Shown: positions 26,694-34,874 of the stretch, piece by piece
Layout: every line of letters starts with the position of its first letter
Numbering within the stretch: position 1 is the stretch's first letter
From: an uncultured Pseudobdellovibrionaceae bacterium
GTDB lineage: Bacteria > Bdellovibrionota > Bdellovibrionia > Bdellovibrionales > JAMPXM01
Direction: 5' to 3'
Assembly: GCA_934277865.1 (NCBI GenBank)
Contig: CAKQVW010000002.1
Coordinates: 1-43,061 of the forward strand
Length of the DNA stretch: 43,061 bases
The notes under the pieces: model-generated
Seen by the model: only the letters and a program-made list of their open reading frames with translations
Told to the model about the DNA's origin: nothing
Databases searched by the model: none
Made by a program: the position numbers and the translations under genes

Positions 26694-28628
26694 TTACGGT
26701 TCTGGTTCTGGTTCTGGCGGAACGTACGTTCCGCGGATGATCCCTTTGTGCGTTCCGACCCCCACGCAGTTCGGGTACTCAACTTTCAACTGGAAGTTCG
26801 ACGACTTGAAGTCGACCTCGGCTTCCACATTGGGCTCGGCCATGCCCTCGAGTGTTCCGTAAACAAGTGGGTTGATGTCCTCTTTGTCAGCGAGAGCATA
26901 CCAACGCAGGCCTAGAATCCGGGAGGACACAACGACCTCGAGTTCTCCAGCATACGGGTTCACGGCGTCGACAGATCCTGGAACAACCTTGGACGACGCG
27001 ACCTGCTTGGCCATGACTTCCAACGCGGTACCGACAAGCAGGATCTTCGTTCGAAGATCAAGAGGCTCGCCAGAGCCGTCTGTGAAAGCGGCCATCTTGG
27101 CGTTGGCCGCTTCAACGCCGGCAATGTTCGGCCCCTCGCCATCGCTGAGAATGTTTCCGTGGTCAGTATGAAAGAGTCGCTTCGAGTCTTTCATAACTGG
27201 GCCATTCCCTGAGTCCAAATTCAGCATCGCATACATCTGCTTTTCGATATCGCGCGGACCCGCACGATAGGACATCTGATTCAGGAGCTTGAAAGCCCCG
27301 ATGTCGTCGTTGATGATCGCTTTTTGCGAAATTCGAACCAACACTCCGCGCTCAGCGAGTGTGATCACCTCATCACTGTCTGCGAGCGTTGCATCCGCAT
27401 AGTCGCCGCCTTCCGTCTTTTCAGCGAGATTTACTCCGCTGAACAGAATGATCGACGTCGGCTTGAAGTCGCGAAGCGACTGGTGAGTTGCAATGCGATC
27501 GTAAGTGAACTTCTCTCCTGATTCATGCCCAAGGAGTTTGTTGGCGACATTCGCCAACACCTCAGAAAGGCCTGCGTTCAAAATGACCGCGCGCTTTGCA
27601 AAGGCACTGTCGCTCTCGTCGCCCTTTCGTTCGACGATCGCCGCGAAAAGATCCAGAAGCTTTGCGCGCTTGAATGGGTTTGATTGGTCAACTTTGAATC
27701 GTTTCGCATCGACGCGATTCAAAAGTGCCGCTTCGACGAGCTCACGCTTTGTCATTTCACGTTCCTTGGTTGGTGTTTTTGGTTTCTTCTTTGCTTCTTC
27801 GGCGAGGCGGAAGATCTCTTTCGAAGCATCTTCCATCGTGATCTCGCGCGAGATCAGCTCACTCGCCACCTCTGCGCCCAGGCCAGCAGCGGCCACGGCC
27901 GTCGTGATACTGGAGGCACGCGAGCGCTCCGCTTCGACGGCCTTGGTATCAACTACTGGCGTCGCTGGTGGTTGTGCGGGTGGATCCACCTGAACTGGTG
28001 GAGTCGCTGGTTCGCGAGTTGTGATTGGAGTCGGCGCTGGCGCAGTTGCTGGTGTAGACACGATTACCTCTGTTATGTGTGGTTGTTCTTCCTCTCCCTT
28101 GCTTCGAACAGAAGTTTGGGCATTTGGATCAAATCCGATTGCGACGATAGATGCTTCCATCGGTGTCCATTTCACCGCTAGAAGCGTTCTGATATCGTCT
28201 CCTGGCTGCGTGAGATCTCGGTACGTTGTGACGTGGTACCCAACGCTGACGTTCTTTAAAACGCCTGCTTTGATGTCTCGAATGATCTCCTGCATTTCCG
28301 CACGGACAGATGGCTTCACGGTCGCGTAGCCCTTTCCATCCTGAATCCACGCACGTTCGATCACGCCGGCCACAGCCCAAACGTGGTTTGCATGCTGAAC
28401 TAAAAAAGGCGCTGCGCCGTTGTTCATGCGCGAGAGATCGCAAGCCGCTTCTGAAACCTCGAGTTCCTCGTAGTATCTCCCTAGGTCCCAGTCGTACCGG
28501 AGACCTTTCGAGCCTGTCGTCCACACGATGTCGAACGTGTCGGTGTCTGGCGCACCCTCTTCTCGCTTCACGATCTCGATCTGTGTTACCGCCTGAAGCT
28601 TTCGGGTTTTCATTGTCGAATTTGTCAT
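26694..28628 (-). CDS. Fused prohead protease - linker/scaffold - major capsid protein
   Basis: The N-terminus carries a prohead-protease pattern (APFLVQHANHVWAVAGVIERAWIQDGKGYATVK...GVLKNVSVGY). The middle is a Pro/Ala-rich linker plus a charged helix. The C-terminal ~330 aa are capsid-like. No separate capsid or scaffold gene exists between portal and FII. Confidence 0.85.
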   Translation of the reverse strand: MTNSTMKTRKLQAVTQIEIVKREEGAPDTDTFDIVWTTGSKGLRYDWDLGRYYEELEVSEAACDLSRMNNGAAPFLVQHANHVWAVAGVIERAWIQDGKGYATVKPSVRAEMQEIIRDIKAGVLKNVSVGYHVTTYRDLTQPGDDIRTLLAVKWTPMEASIVAIGFDPNAQTSVRSKGEEEQPHITEVIVSTPATAPAPTPITTREPATPPVQVDPPAQPPATPVVDTKAVEAERSRASSITTAVAAAGLGAEVASELISREITMEDASKEIFRLAEEAKKKPKTPTKEREMTKRELVEAALLNRVDAKRFKVDQSNPFKRAKLLDLFAAIVERKGDESDSAFAKRAVILNAGLSEVLANVANKLLGHESGEKFTYDRIATHQSLRDFKPTSIILFSGVNLAEKTEGGDYADATLADSDEVITLAERGVLVRISQKAIINDDIGAFKLLNQMSYRAGPRDIEKQMYAMLNLDSGNGPVMKDSKRLFHTDHGNILSDGEGPNIAGVEAANAKMAAFTDGSGEPLDLRTKILLVGTALEVMAKQVASSKVVPGSVDAVNPYAGELEVVVSSRILGLRWYALADKEDINPLVYGTLEGMAEPNVEAEVDFKSSNFQLKVEYPNCVGVGTHKGIIRGTYVPPEPEPEP

Positions 28629-30088
28629 GTGTTCGCCTTTCCATTCAGTGCAGCTAGAGAATCTGCAGATTGGAGCTGCTGGTTCGCTGTTCTTCGCGGA
28701 TCGGTGTCCAAAATTAGGCCAAGCTCATCGATCTTTTTGTTCGAGTCTGCGATCTCTTGGAGGTGTCTTTCTGGATCAATACCAAGCTCGCGGAGCGCAG
28801 AAGGAAGAGATTTGAGCCCGCTTCGAATCGCGTTGCTTGTTGCTGAGATTTCTTCGCTAGGAGAGATCATCGGCCACGACGGCGTCACCCACTCCACAGT
28901 TGCTTTCGATGCATCTACGCCTTTAATAGCGCAGTATCTTTGAAACCGTTTAAAGGCTGGGTTCAGGAAACGAGGAATGAACATTCCCCACCGCCACGAT
29001 TCGCAGTTTTGCTTGAAAACGATGTCGCCCAGGCGACCAGACGAGAAATTGACGCCGCCCCAATCGCCAGCTAGTGCTTCGTATTGAATTCCAAGGCCGG
29101 CTGCGACCTCGAGTAACGTCAACTTTGTCGTTCCACCAAAGCCTTCTGGGTTCGGAATTTGCGGGAACTGAACTGACTCGCCCGGGTTCAGGAAGTGAAA
29201 AGTGCCTGGCGAGATATCGAAGTCGGCTTCGCGCTGTTCCTTTTCTTTCAGAGCTGGCATCTGGCTACGTTCTTTTGTGACGATGCCAGTAATTGAAGCG
29301 GACAATTTCAAGCGCATGAGCTGAGTCCACTGAAGTTCGTTGAGCATCTTCAGCGGGTGTACCACCGGCGCGAACCAAGATATTCCTCGGTCCATTTCAG
29401 GTCGGTCTTGGCGGAAAACGTGAATAACTTCATCAGCCGACACCAATTCCGAAGAACCCCGTCGGACAATTCCGTATCCGCCCGGGTGGTCCAAAAACAA
29501 TGCGTAGTAGAGAGGGCGGTTCATGTGATCTTTCAGGATCCCATTCGAGAACTTGTGATCGGTGCCAGACAGTTCCTTTTGATCGTTGATGTAGTCCGAC
29601 TCGAGCAATCGAAGGCGGACGCTACCGTCAGTGATCTCATCTCTAGTGATGACCTCTCCGTCACCAACTGTCGCACGTACTACTTGACGTTGTAGTGACG
29701 CAAAATCGATTGTGCGATCGACAGAGCAATTTCCCTCGCACCACTCTTTCCAAAGATCCTGGATCTTGGCCTGTCTTTTCGGGTCATCGTGTTTGATGGA
29801 AGCTTCGATGCCCCAGCCAACCATGCCGTTCACGATGATAGAGAGGCCGCGCTCAGCGAAGGGCGTATTCCGAACAACCTCCCGCACGTTCTCTCGAATT
29901 GGCGCTACTTGCCCGCGAACCTCATTGCTAGCCGACTTAGAGCTTCTGGCAATCTGTGAAGAATTGTGCGACTTCGCGGCGTCGTAAGACCGAAGCACTT
30001 GCAGCTGTGCGCGGGCAATCATTCGATTTCGGAGAGCGGACGGGCTGATATAGCCGACGAAGCGGTCAAGGTAGGTCAGTTCATTCAT
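28625..30088 (-). CDS. Portal protein, lambda (gpB) family
   Basis: 487 aa. SYDAAK...IRENVREVVRNTPFAERGLSIIVNGMVGWGI is typical of lambda-family portals. Lies between gpW and the capsid gene. Confidence 0.9.
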   Translation of the reverse strand: MNELTYLDRFVGYISPSALRNRMIARAQLQVLRSYDAAKSHNSSQIARSSKSASNEVRGQVAPIRENVREVVRNTPFAERGLSIIVNGMVGWGIEASIKHDDPKRQAKIQDLWKEWCEGNCSVDRTIDFASLQRQVVRATVGDGEVITRDEITDGSVRLRLLESDYINDQKELSGTDHKFSNGILKDHMNRPLYYALFLDHPGGYGIVRRGSSELVSADEVIHVFRQDRPEMDRGISWFAPVVHPLKMLNELQWTQLMRLKLSASITGIVTKERSQMPALKEKEQREADFDISPGTFHFLNPGESVQFPQIPNPEGFGGTTKLTLLEVAAGLGIQYEALAGDWGGVNFSSGRLGDIVFKQNCESWRWGMFIPRFLNPAFKRFQRYCAIKGVDASKATVEWVTPSWPMISPSEEISATSNAIRSGLKSLPSALRELGIDPERHLQEIADSNKKIDELGLILDTDPRRTANQQLQSADSLAALNGKANT

Positions 30089-30300
30089 TTACGAGTGAAC
30101 CTTCCTTGAATAGTCCGCGGCGAAACTGGGATCTCTGAAGGTGATGCCTGTGCGGCGATCGCTTCCTCGATTTCGCGGATGAGCTTTTTTAGAGCTTCAG
30201 GAGTTTGGAAAACGACCGTGCGGCCGTTGATAGTGATGCTCGTCGCTCCGGAGGTTAAGGCCTCCTTCAGTGCTTCGAGATCCGACTCTTGAAACGTCAT
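30085..30300 (-). CDS. Head-tail joining protein, gpW-like
   Basis: 71 aa. LEALKEALTSGATSITINGRTVVFQTPEALKKLIREIE parallels lambda gpW. Confidence 0.7.
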   Translation of the reverse strand: MTFQESDLEALKEALTSGATSITINGRTVVFQTPEALKKLIREIEEAIAAQASPSEIPVSPRTIQGRFTRK

Positions 30301-30336
30301 CCGCGCGAGACTCCTTCATAAGAGTCCCAGCGTGTC

Positions 30337-32313
30337 CTACGCTCTGCGTCTTAGGCCTCCGTTGCGCCAAAGAGAGTTTCTGGATTCAGCGCGTTTCCGC
30401 TCCTGGCGCGGCTTTTCGTCCGATGCCCCAATGGGGCTCGGCGCCTCCTGGACTATCGGCTGATCAACGGTGACGCCGGTCTCAATTGCTTCGGCGACGA
30501 GATCTTCAAGCACGTCCCAATCGTCGGCCGAGAATCGATCGAGGCCGAACATCGCCGCGGCCGCGCGTGCGATCACGAAGGTATCGAGTGCCTCATTTCG
30601 TTCGCGATCCTTGGTCCACTCCCAGCCTTTCTTGGTCCGTTGCAGGCTCTCCGAACAAAGCTGCTTGAAGAACTCCTGATCGAAGTCCGGCGTGTGAATG
30701 TAGCCAGGCGCCGCTACGCCATCGATCGGCGACGGCAACTTGAACAGCCCGTAGACAAGCTCCTTGATAAACGAGGAACCAATCTGCCACACGTTGTGAG
30801 CGAACTTGTTCTTTGAACCGTCGAACTTCGTGTCGACCGCCGAGCCCATCTTGTAGAACGTGTGAAGGTTGTCGTAACCCTTGGTCGCACGCACTTGGTT
30901 CGGTGAGAAACGAGAAACGAACTCATACACCTTCGCAGTGTAGGCCCCCGAATCGACCCCGGTGAATGTGATTCGAAACCTCCGCTTGTCATCTTCGTAG
31001 GTTTTGTTTCGGAGGAACTGCTCCACTTCGTCCCAAACTTCCGGGAGAATCGTCGACCCACTGAATATCTGGTAGTCGATGATGTATGCCTGCTTATCTC
31101 TCGTCCAGCCAACAACCATCACTTCAACGCGATCGCCTTGCACGTCGATGCCGCAAGTGAGGAACTTGATTCCCTTGTGTGGAATTCGGCCGACAGGATA
31201 GAGCTCACGCCTATCGTACAAACGCTCCCAGTCCGGCTTGTCGACTGCTGGTTTCCAAGTCTCCGCAAGCGATGTGTTGATGAACACCTGCAGCTTCTCT
31301 GGATCTTTGCCGGCATCGAGAAACTTCTGAACCATGTTAGAAAGCGGCTGCCACGGACTTGCGATCGCATTGCAGTGGAATCCCGCATGACCCTTAAATG
31401 GCTTGGTCGCGACGTACTCACCATTCGAAACTGCCTTGAGGCGTTCAATCTCTGTCCATGGTTTGGAGCATTTTGAGCACTCATAGTAGGCCGTTTCTGG
31501 ATCTCGATTCTCCCATTTTACTTGTGACCACTCAAGACGCTCAAGCTCACCGCAGTGCGGACAGCGGCCGTGGAAGTGCGCCTGATCAGAGTCCGCAAAG
31601 CGCGCCGCGATTTTAGATTTGCCATCAACCGTTGGCGAACAGACAGCGATACTGAGAGCATTCCAGAAAGTTTCGCTACGCTGTTCGATCAACTTCTCGG
31701 CGTCCCCTTCATCGCCAGAAGATGTGTTCTTGTCGATCTCATCCATGAGCACGATGCGTGCTGGTCGCGAAGCGACGTCAGACGGAGATCCGGCCGACAC
31801 AATGGCAATGAAGGCGCCGGGAAAAGACTTTAGGAACTCTGTGTTCCCAGAGTCCCTCGTCCGCTTGTCTTTGACGAGATCGCGCAATACAGGCGTATCG
31901 CGAAGCATAGGATCAAGTCTCAACACCGACCATGTTTTTGCGAGCTTCTCGATTGGCTGCATGAGCACCATGGGACTCGGGTCCTGATGCATGAAGTAGC
32001 CAACCACATTGTTCAGGAACTCAGTCTTGAGAAGCTGAGTCGGTCCCATGACGGTGATCTTTTTGATTCCGGGACGAGTGACAGCGAGCATCGGTCCACG
32101 AGCGCATTCGACCAGACTTGTTTTCCAGCGGCCAGGCGTACTCGAGCCTGCTGAAAGAAAGCGAAATGTGTCGGCCCACTCAACTAGATTCAGTCGAGGT
32201 TTTGGTTTCAGTATCTGTGCTCTGAGATTCAGGAGCTTTGTCCGAAGGACTCTCTGCGGTTCCATCGTTCTCACCCGCTTCGTTGACCTGGACTCCATCG
32301 GAGTATTTCTCAA
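30337..32313 (-). CDS. terL: Terminase large subunit, gpA family
   Basis: ...LVEWADTFRFLS...GRWKT..., the Walker-like MGPTQLLKTE, and the Zn ribbon CPHCG...CSKCSKPW. The true start is uncertain because the ORF overlaps terS by ~130 nt. Confidence 0.95.
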   Translation of the reverse strand: MRNTPMESRSTKRVRTMEPQRVLRTKLLNLRAQILKPKPRLNLVEWADTFRFLSAGSSTPGRWKTSLVECARGPMLAVTRPGIKKITVMGPTQLLKTEFLNNVVGYFMHQDPSPMVLMQPIEKLAKTWSVLRLDPMLRDTPVLRDLVKDKRTRDSGNTEFLKSFPGAFIAIVSAGSPSDVASRPARIVLMDEIDKNTSSGDEGDAEKLIEQRSETFWNALSIAVCSPTVDGKSKIAARFADSDQAHFHGRCPHCGELERLEWSQVKWENRDPETAYYECSKCSKPWTEIERLKAVSNGEYVATKPFKGHAGFHCNAIASPWQPLSNMVQKFLDAGKDPEKLQVFINTSLAETWKPAVDKPDWERLYDRRELYPVGRIPHKGIKFLTCGIDVQGDRVEVMVVGWTRDKQAYIIDYQIFSGSTILPEVWDEVEQFLRNKTYEDDKRRFRITFTGVDSGAYTAKVYEFVSRFSPNQVRATKGYDNLHTFYKMGSAVDTKFDGSKNKFAHNVWQIGSSFIKELVYGLFKLPSPIDGVAAPGYIHTPDFDQEFFKQLCSESLQRTKKGWEWTKDRERNEALDTFVIARAAAAMFGLDRFSADDWDVLEDLVAEAIETGVTVDQPIVQEAPSPIGASDEKPRQERKRAESRNSLWRNGGLRRRA

Positions 32314-32830
32314 GTTCCTTGAGTGAGTCTGATTTCAACTCCTCAAGGATCTCATCGACTGTCTCTGTCAAAACTCTGTTCACTTCTTCAGCGTCGGTGA
32401 TGACTGCGAGCTGCCTTGCGAGACGTGAAGGCATGGCCATCACTAGCTTTCTCACTGTTGAATACTCTGTGGAAATTCCGTCCAAGATCACAGCAACAGG
32501 CATGTATTCACCACGCCGAATGTTCAAATCGATTTCCGCTTTTTCTCGTTTAGCGCGAACCATCTTCAGCTCTTCTTGCTGAATCAAATTTCCAATTTCA
32601 GTTCCAGGGTCTGGGGCCGCAGCCTGGGGGGGCATAGTCAACGACTCGACCACGTCGGCCAGATGATAGAGCTTGGAATTTCTCGGACCGTCTTCAAACT
32701 TCGTCCGCGCCGCATGAAGTTTCTCCGCGACGGTTCTTCTCTCCCAGCCAAGCGCGATCGCGAGCTGTGAAATATTCCAGAGTTTTGGAATTGAATTCGA
32801 CGTCGGTTTTGTTTCGAGTTTTTTTGCCAT
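32180..32830 (-). CDS. terS: Terminase small subunit (Nu1-like HTH N-terminus)
   Basis: 216 aa directly upstream of terL. N-terminal HTH-like LWNISQLAIALGWERRTVAEKL, with the central KAEIDLNIRRGEYMPV typical of small terminases. Confidence 0.7.
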   Translation of the reverse strand: MAKKLETKPTSNSIPKLWNISQLAIALGWERRTVAEKLHAARTKFEDGPRNSKLYHLADVVESLTMPPQAAAPDPGTEIGNLIQQEELKMVRAKREKAEIDLNIRRGEYMPVAVILDGISTEYSTVRKLVMAMPSRLARQLAVITDAEEVNRVLTETVDEILEELKSDSLKELEKYSDGVQVNEAGENDGTAESPSDKAPESQSTDTETKTSTESS

Positions 32831-33070
32831 GGTTCGCTTTCAGAAAGTGACAAAAAGATCGGATTGTGAATCACTCAAAAAGCGTTGCGGACCTTGTGAA
32901 GTTGACCATTTCCAAGCTCGATTAGTTCGATCTAATCCCAACTCGAGCTGAGTAGTCGTCATCTCCAAAAAAAGCCCTATCTGGAGCCAGATCCCGGCCG
33001 CTGCCACCTCGCAGAACTGAAAATTGCTGGGAAGGACCCAAAGCACCGGGGTCGCGACGAATTTCACCAG

Positions 33071-33637
33071 CTACAATTTTCCAAGTTCATATTCGAGTTG
33101 TGTTGCGAACCGTTTCTCGAACTCCTGCTGCATGAAGCTCACAAGGCTACGTTGGTGCGACTCCGCAACCTGCTGCAGTGACAGCGTTGCTTGTGACAGC
33201 GGACGTCTCTCTTCTCCCTTGCGCATCAACACAATGGCTTTCCCTGAAGGGGCTTTCCATAAGAATGCCTTAGGCACTAGAGTGCGTCCTTCAGGCAGCT
33301 TCACTGTGACTCCACGATACTTCCGAGCGGTCTTGCCCTTGCCAATCCGTACAATCTTTTCCTTGGGTGAGAACTCAGCCAATGGCACACCATACTGCAC
33401 CCCGAAGGAAACGAAGCTAAAGGGGCTGGCCAATGAGGCTTTCCTCACGTACATGCGCTTAGTGATCACCTTAGCAGCCAATCCCGTGCTCGCTCTGATA
33501 TCCTTGGTCATCTGAGTCTTAGTCATGGCGGCCGCGCGATTGAGTGCACGATAAGCCGCGACCCGTTTAGCTTTCAGCAATCGTTGGGAGATCTTCTTGA
33601 ACTGATTAAGCACGCTTGTTCCTCTTGTGGCGCACAC
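33071..33637 (-). CDS. Minor tail / tail completion protein, lambda gpZ-like (displaced upstream of terS)
   Basis: ALNRAAAMTKTQMTKDIRASTGLAAKVITKRM...VPKAFLWK..GKAIVLMRKGEERRPL parallels gpZ. The start may be GTG 33613 rather than 33637. Confidence 0.6.
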   Translation of the reverse strand: MCATRGTSVLNQFKKISQRLLKAKRVAAYRALNRAAAMTKTQMTKDIRASTGLAAKVITKRMYVRKASLASPFSFVSFGVQYGVPLAEFSPKEKIVRIGKGKTARKYRGVTVKLPEGRTLVPKAFLWKAPSGKAIVLMRKGEERRPLSQATLSLQQVAESHQRSLVSFMQQEFEKRFATQLEYELGKL

Positions 33638-33995
33638 CGACGCTCGTGCGCGGCTCGAGGTCAGGATACTTGCGGAAGATAGATTGAATCAGTTTATGCA
33701 TTCCAGATCGCGTCTTAGGAACCTCATATTCAGTCGCCAATTGCCGCCGGATCTCCATGAGTGAGTACCCGTCGGCATAGAGCTGCATGGCCTTCTTCTT
33801 GTGTTCAGGAGCGTCTATTTTGGCGAGCGAGCCATTTATGCGGTGATAATCGGCCGAGGATTTGGCATTGGAGTTGTGTGCTGTGAATACCTGGCGAGAG
33901 ATCTTGGTGCCTTGGTCAATGGCTCCAAGCCCTAGAGCCCGCAATTTTACTTCCCAGATCGCCTGAACGCTTGATTTTCCGCGCTTAGAACTCAT
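33606..33995 (-). CDS. Small DNA-binding protein (C-terminal HTH), possible late-gene regulator
   Basis: 129 aa. AMQLYADGYSLMEIRRQLATEYEV resembles a sigma-70 region 4 / LuxR-type HTH. The regulatory role is inferred from position. Confidence 0.55.
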   Translation of the reverse strand: MSSKRGKSSVQAIWEVKLRALGLGAIDQGTKISRQVFTAHNSNAKSSADYHRINGSLAKIDAPEHKKKAMQLYADGYSLMEIRRQLATEYEVPKTRSGMHKLIQSIFRKYPDLEPRTSVGVRHKRNKRA

Positions 33996-34197
33996 CCCGC
34001 CAGTCTCGCTTTCTTTGGAACGAAATCAGGTCGTGTGGAAACTTCAGGATTTCGATTCTTTCAAAGTGGACTCGATTGCCGGTGCGAATGCAGACATAGC
34101 CTTTATCATCGATGCTATCGATTTGTTCCTTCGATAGCTTCGTACCGTATTTCTTCTCGATTTGGCGGATCGCTGTCATGTCACGCATTCGACTCAT
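33985..34197 (-). CDS. Hypothetical 70-aa protein
   Basis: ORF overlapping the next gene's start by 11 nt. No motif. Confidence 0.55.
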   Translation of the reverse strand: MSRMRDMTAIRQIEKKYGTKLSKEQIDSIDDKGYVCIRTGNRVHFERIEILKFPHDLISFQRKRDWRDEF

Positions 34198-34312
34198 GGT
34201 TGAACCTCTGACTTATGAGAATCAAAGTACGATCTCTTGCGAGTGTGAAAGGAAATCTGCGAATGGCGCGGCTTCTGGACTATTCGGACACAGACTGAGA
34301 AGACTTAAGCTC

Positions 34313-34570
34313 TCAATGTAAGTGAGCATGCTCGAGCCCCAAATCGACCGCCGGCGACACGACTTCATCATCACACCACTTCGCAGCCATGGTCTCCCAC
34401 TCTTCTGCGGTTGCTTCGTGGATGAATATCGGTCGCGAAATCGGAATACCAGTGATGACGAACGACGGATGAAATAGGCGCGACACTTCCGGACTGCAGT
34501 CGAGATCGAGCTGAATCCTCTCGCTTCCTACTTTGCGGAGATCTGGCCAAAACGCGCCTTTGAGCTTCAT
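34313..34570 (-). CDS. Hypothetical 85-aa protein
   Basis: ORF with an ATG start downstream of a GC hairpin. No motif. Confidence 0.55.
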   Translation of the reverse strand: MKLKGAFWPDLRKVGSERIQLDLDCSPEVSRLFHPSFVITGIPISRPIFIHEATAEEWETMAAKWCDDEVVSPAVDLGLEHAHLH

Positions 34571-34581
34571 TCATAGGAACG

Positions 34582-34603
34582 GCGGGGAGGTTGCCCTCCC
34601 CGC
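34582..34603 (-). other. GC-rich hairpin (9-bp stem GCGGGGAGG / CCTCCCCGC, 4-nt loop) just after the micro-ORF stop
   Basis: Perfect stem read from the sequence. There is no U-tract on the minus strand, so it is not a canonical terminator. Confidence 0.4.
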
Positions 34604-34608
34604 TCGCC

Positions 34609-34701
34609 TCAGCCCTTTTTCCCTTTGGCTTTTGTCGCCTTCTTGGCTTTAGCCTTACGCTTCCCTGCTTGGACTGGTTTTGCCGCCTTCTTGCTGCCCA
34701 T
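34609..34701 (-). CDS. 30-aa lysine-rich basic micro-protein (MGSKKAAKPVQAGKRKAKAKKATKAKGKKG)
   Basis: Not in the ORF track because it is under 60 aa. ATG preceded by an AAGGAG SD 7 nt upstream. 14 of the 30 residues are K or R. Confidence 0.45.
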   Translation of the reverse strand: MGSKKAAKPVQAGKRKAKAKKATKAKGKKG

Positions 34702-34874
34702 CTCGTCGCTCCTTTGCGCCGGTTCATTTTCGTGAGACCTTTGTTTTAGCGCGATCGAATCAGTTTGAGAAAATTATTTGATTTGATGCCTCTGCAGGAG
34801 ATCTACCGGAAATCACACCGCTTGCTCTTGATTTTCGATGATGTTCTCCTAGCTAAACGGACCAGGAGGGGCCT

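Noticed and set aside
27505-28329. Three plus-strand ORFs of 102-165 aa, and the 171-aa minus-strand ORF at 28129-28644
   Set aside because: They are shadow or alternate-frame ORFs within the protease-capsid fusion gene, with Arg/Cys/Trp-rich implausible sequences.
30714-31484. Minus-strand alternate-frame ORFs of 133 and 121 aa inside terL
   Set aside because: terL has strong family motifs in its own frame, and these out-of-frame ORFs are Arg/Ser-rich noise.
32840-33067. 75-aa minus-strand ORF between the gpZ-like gene and terS
   Set aside because: It has no SD and an odd composition, and the region is full of inverted repeats. It is better read as a non-coding packaging or regulatory region.
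33024-33515. 163-aa plus-strand ORF
   Set aside because: It is antisense to the gpZ-like gene.
34371-34727. 118-aa minus-strand ORF overlapping the micro-ORF and the 85-aa gene
   Set aside because: It is an alternate frame running through the GC hairpin and is Arg-rich. The two separate ORFs with their own start signals explain the region better.
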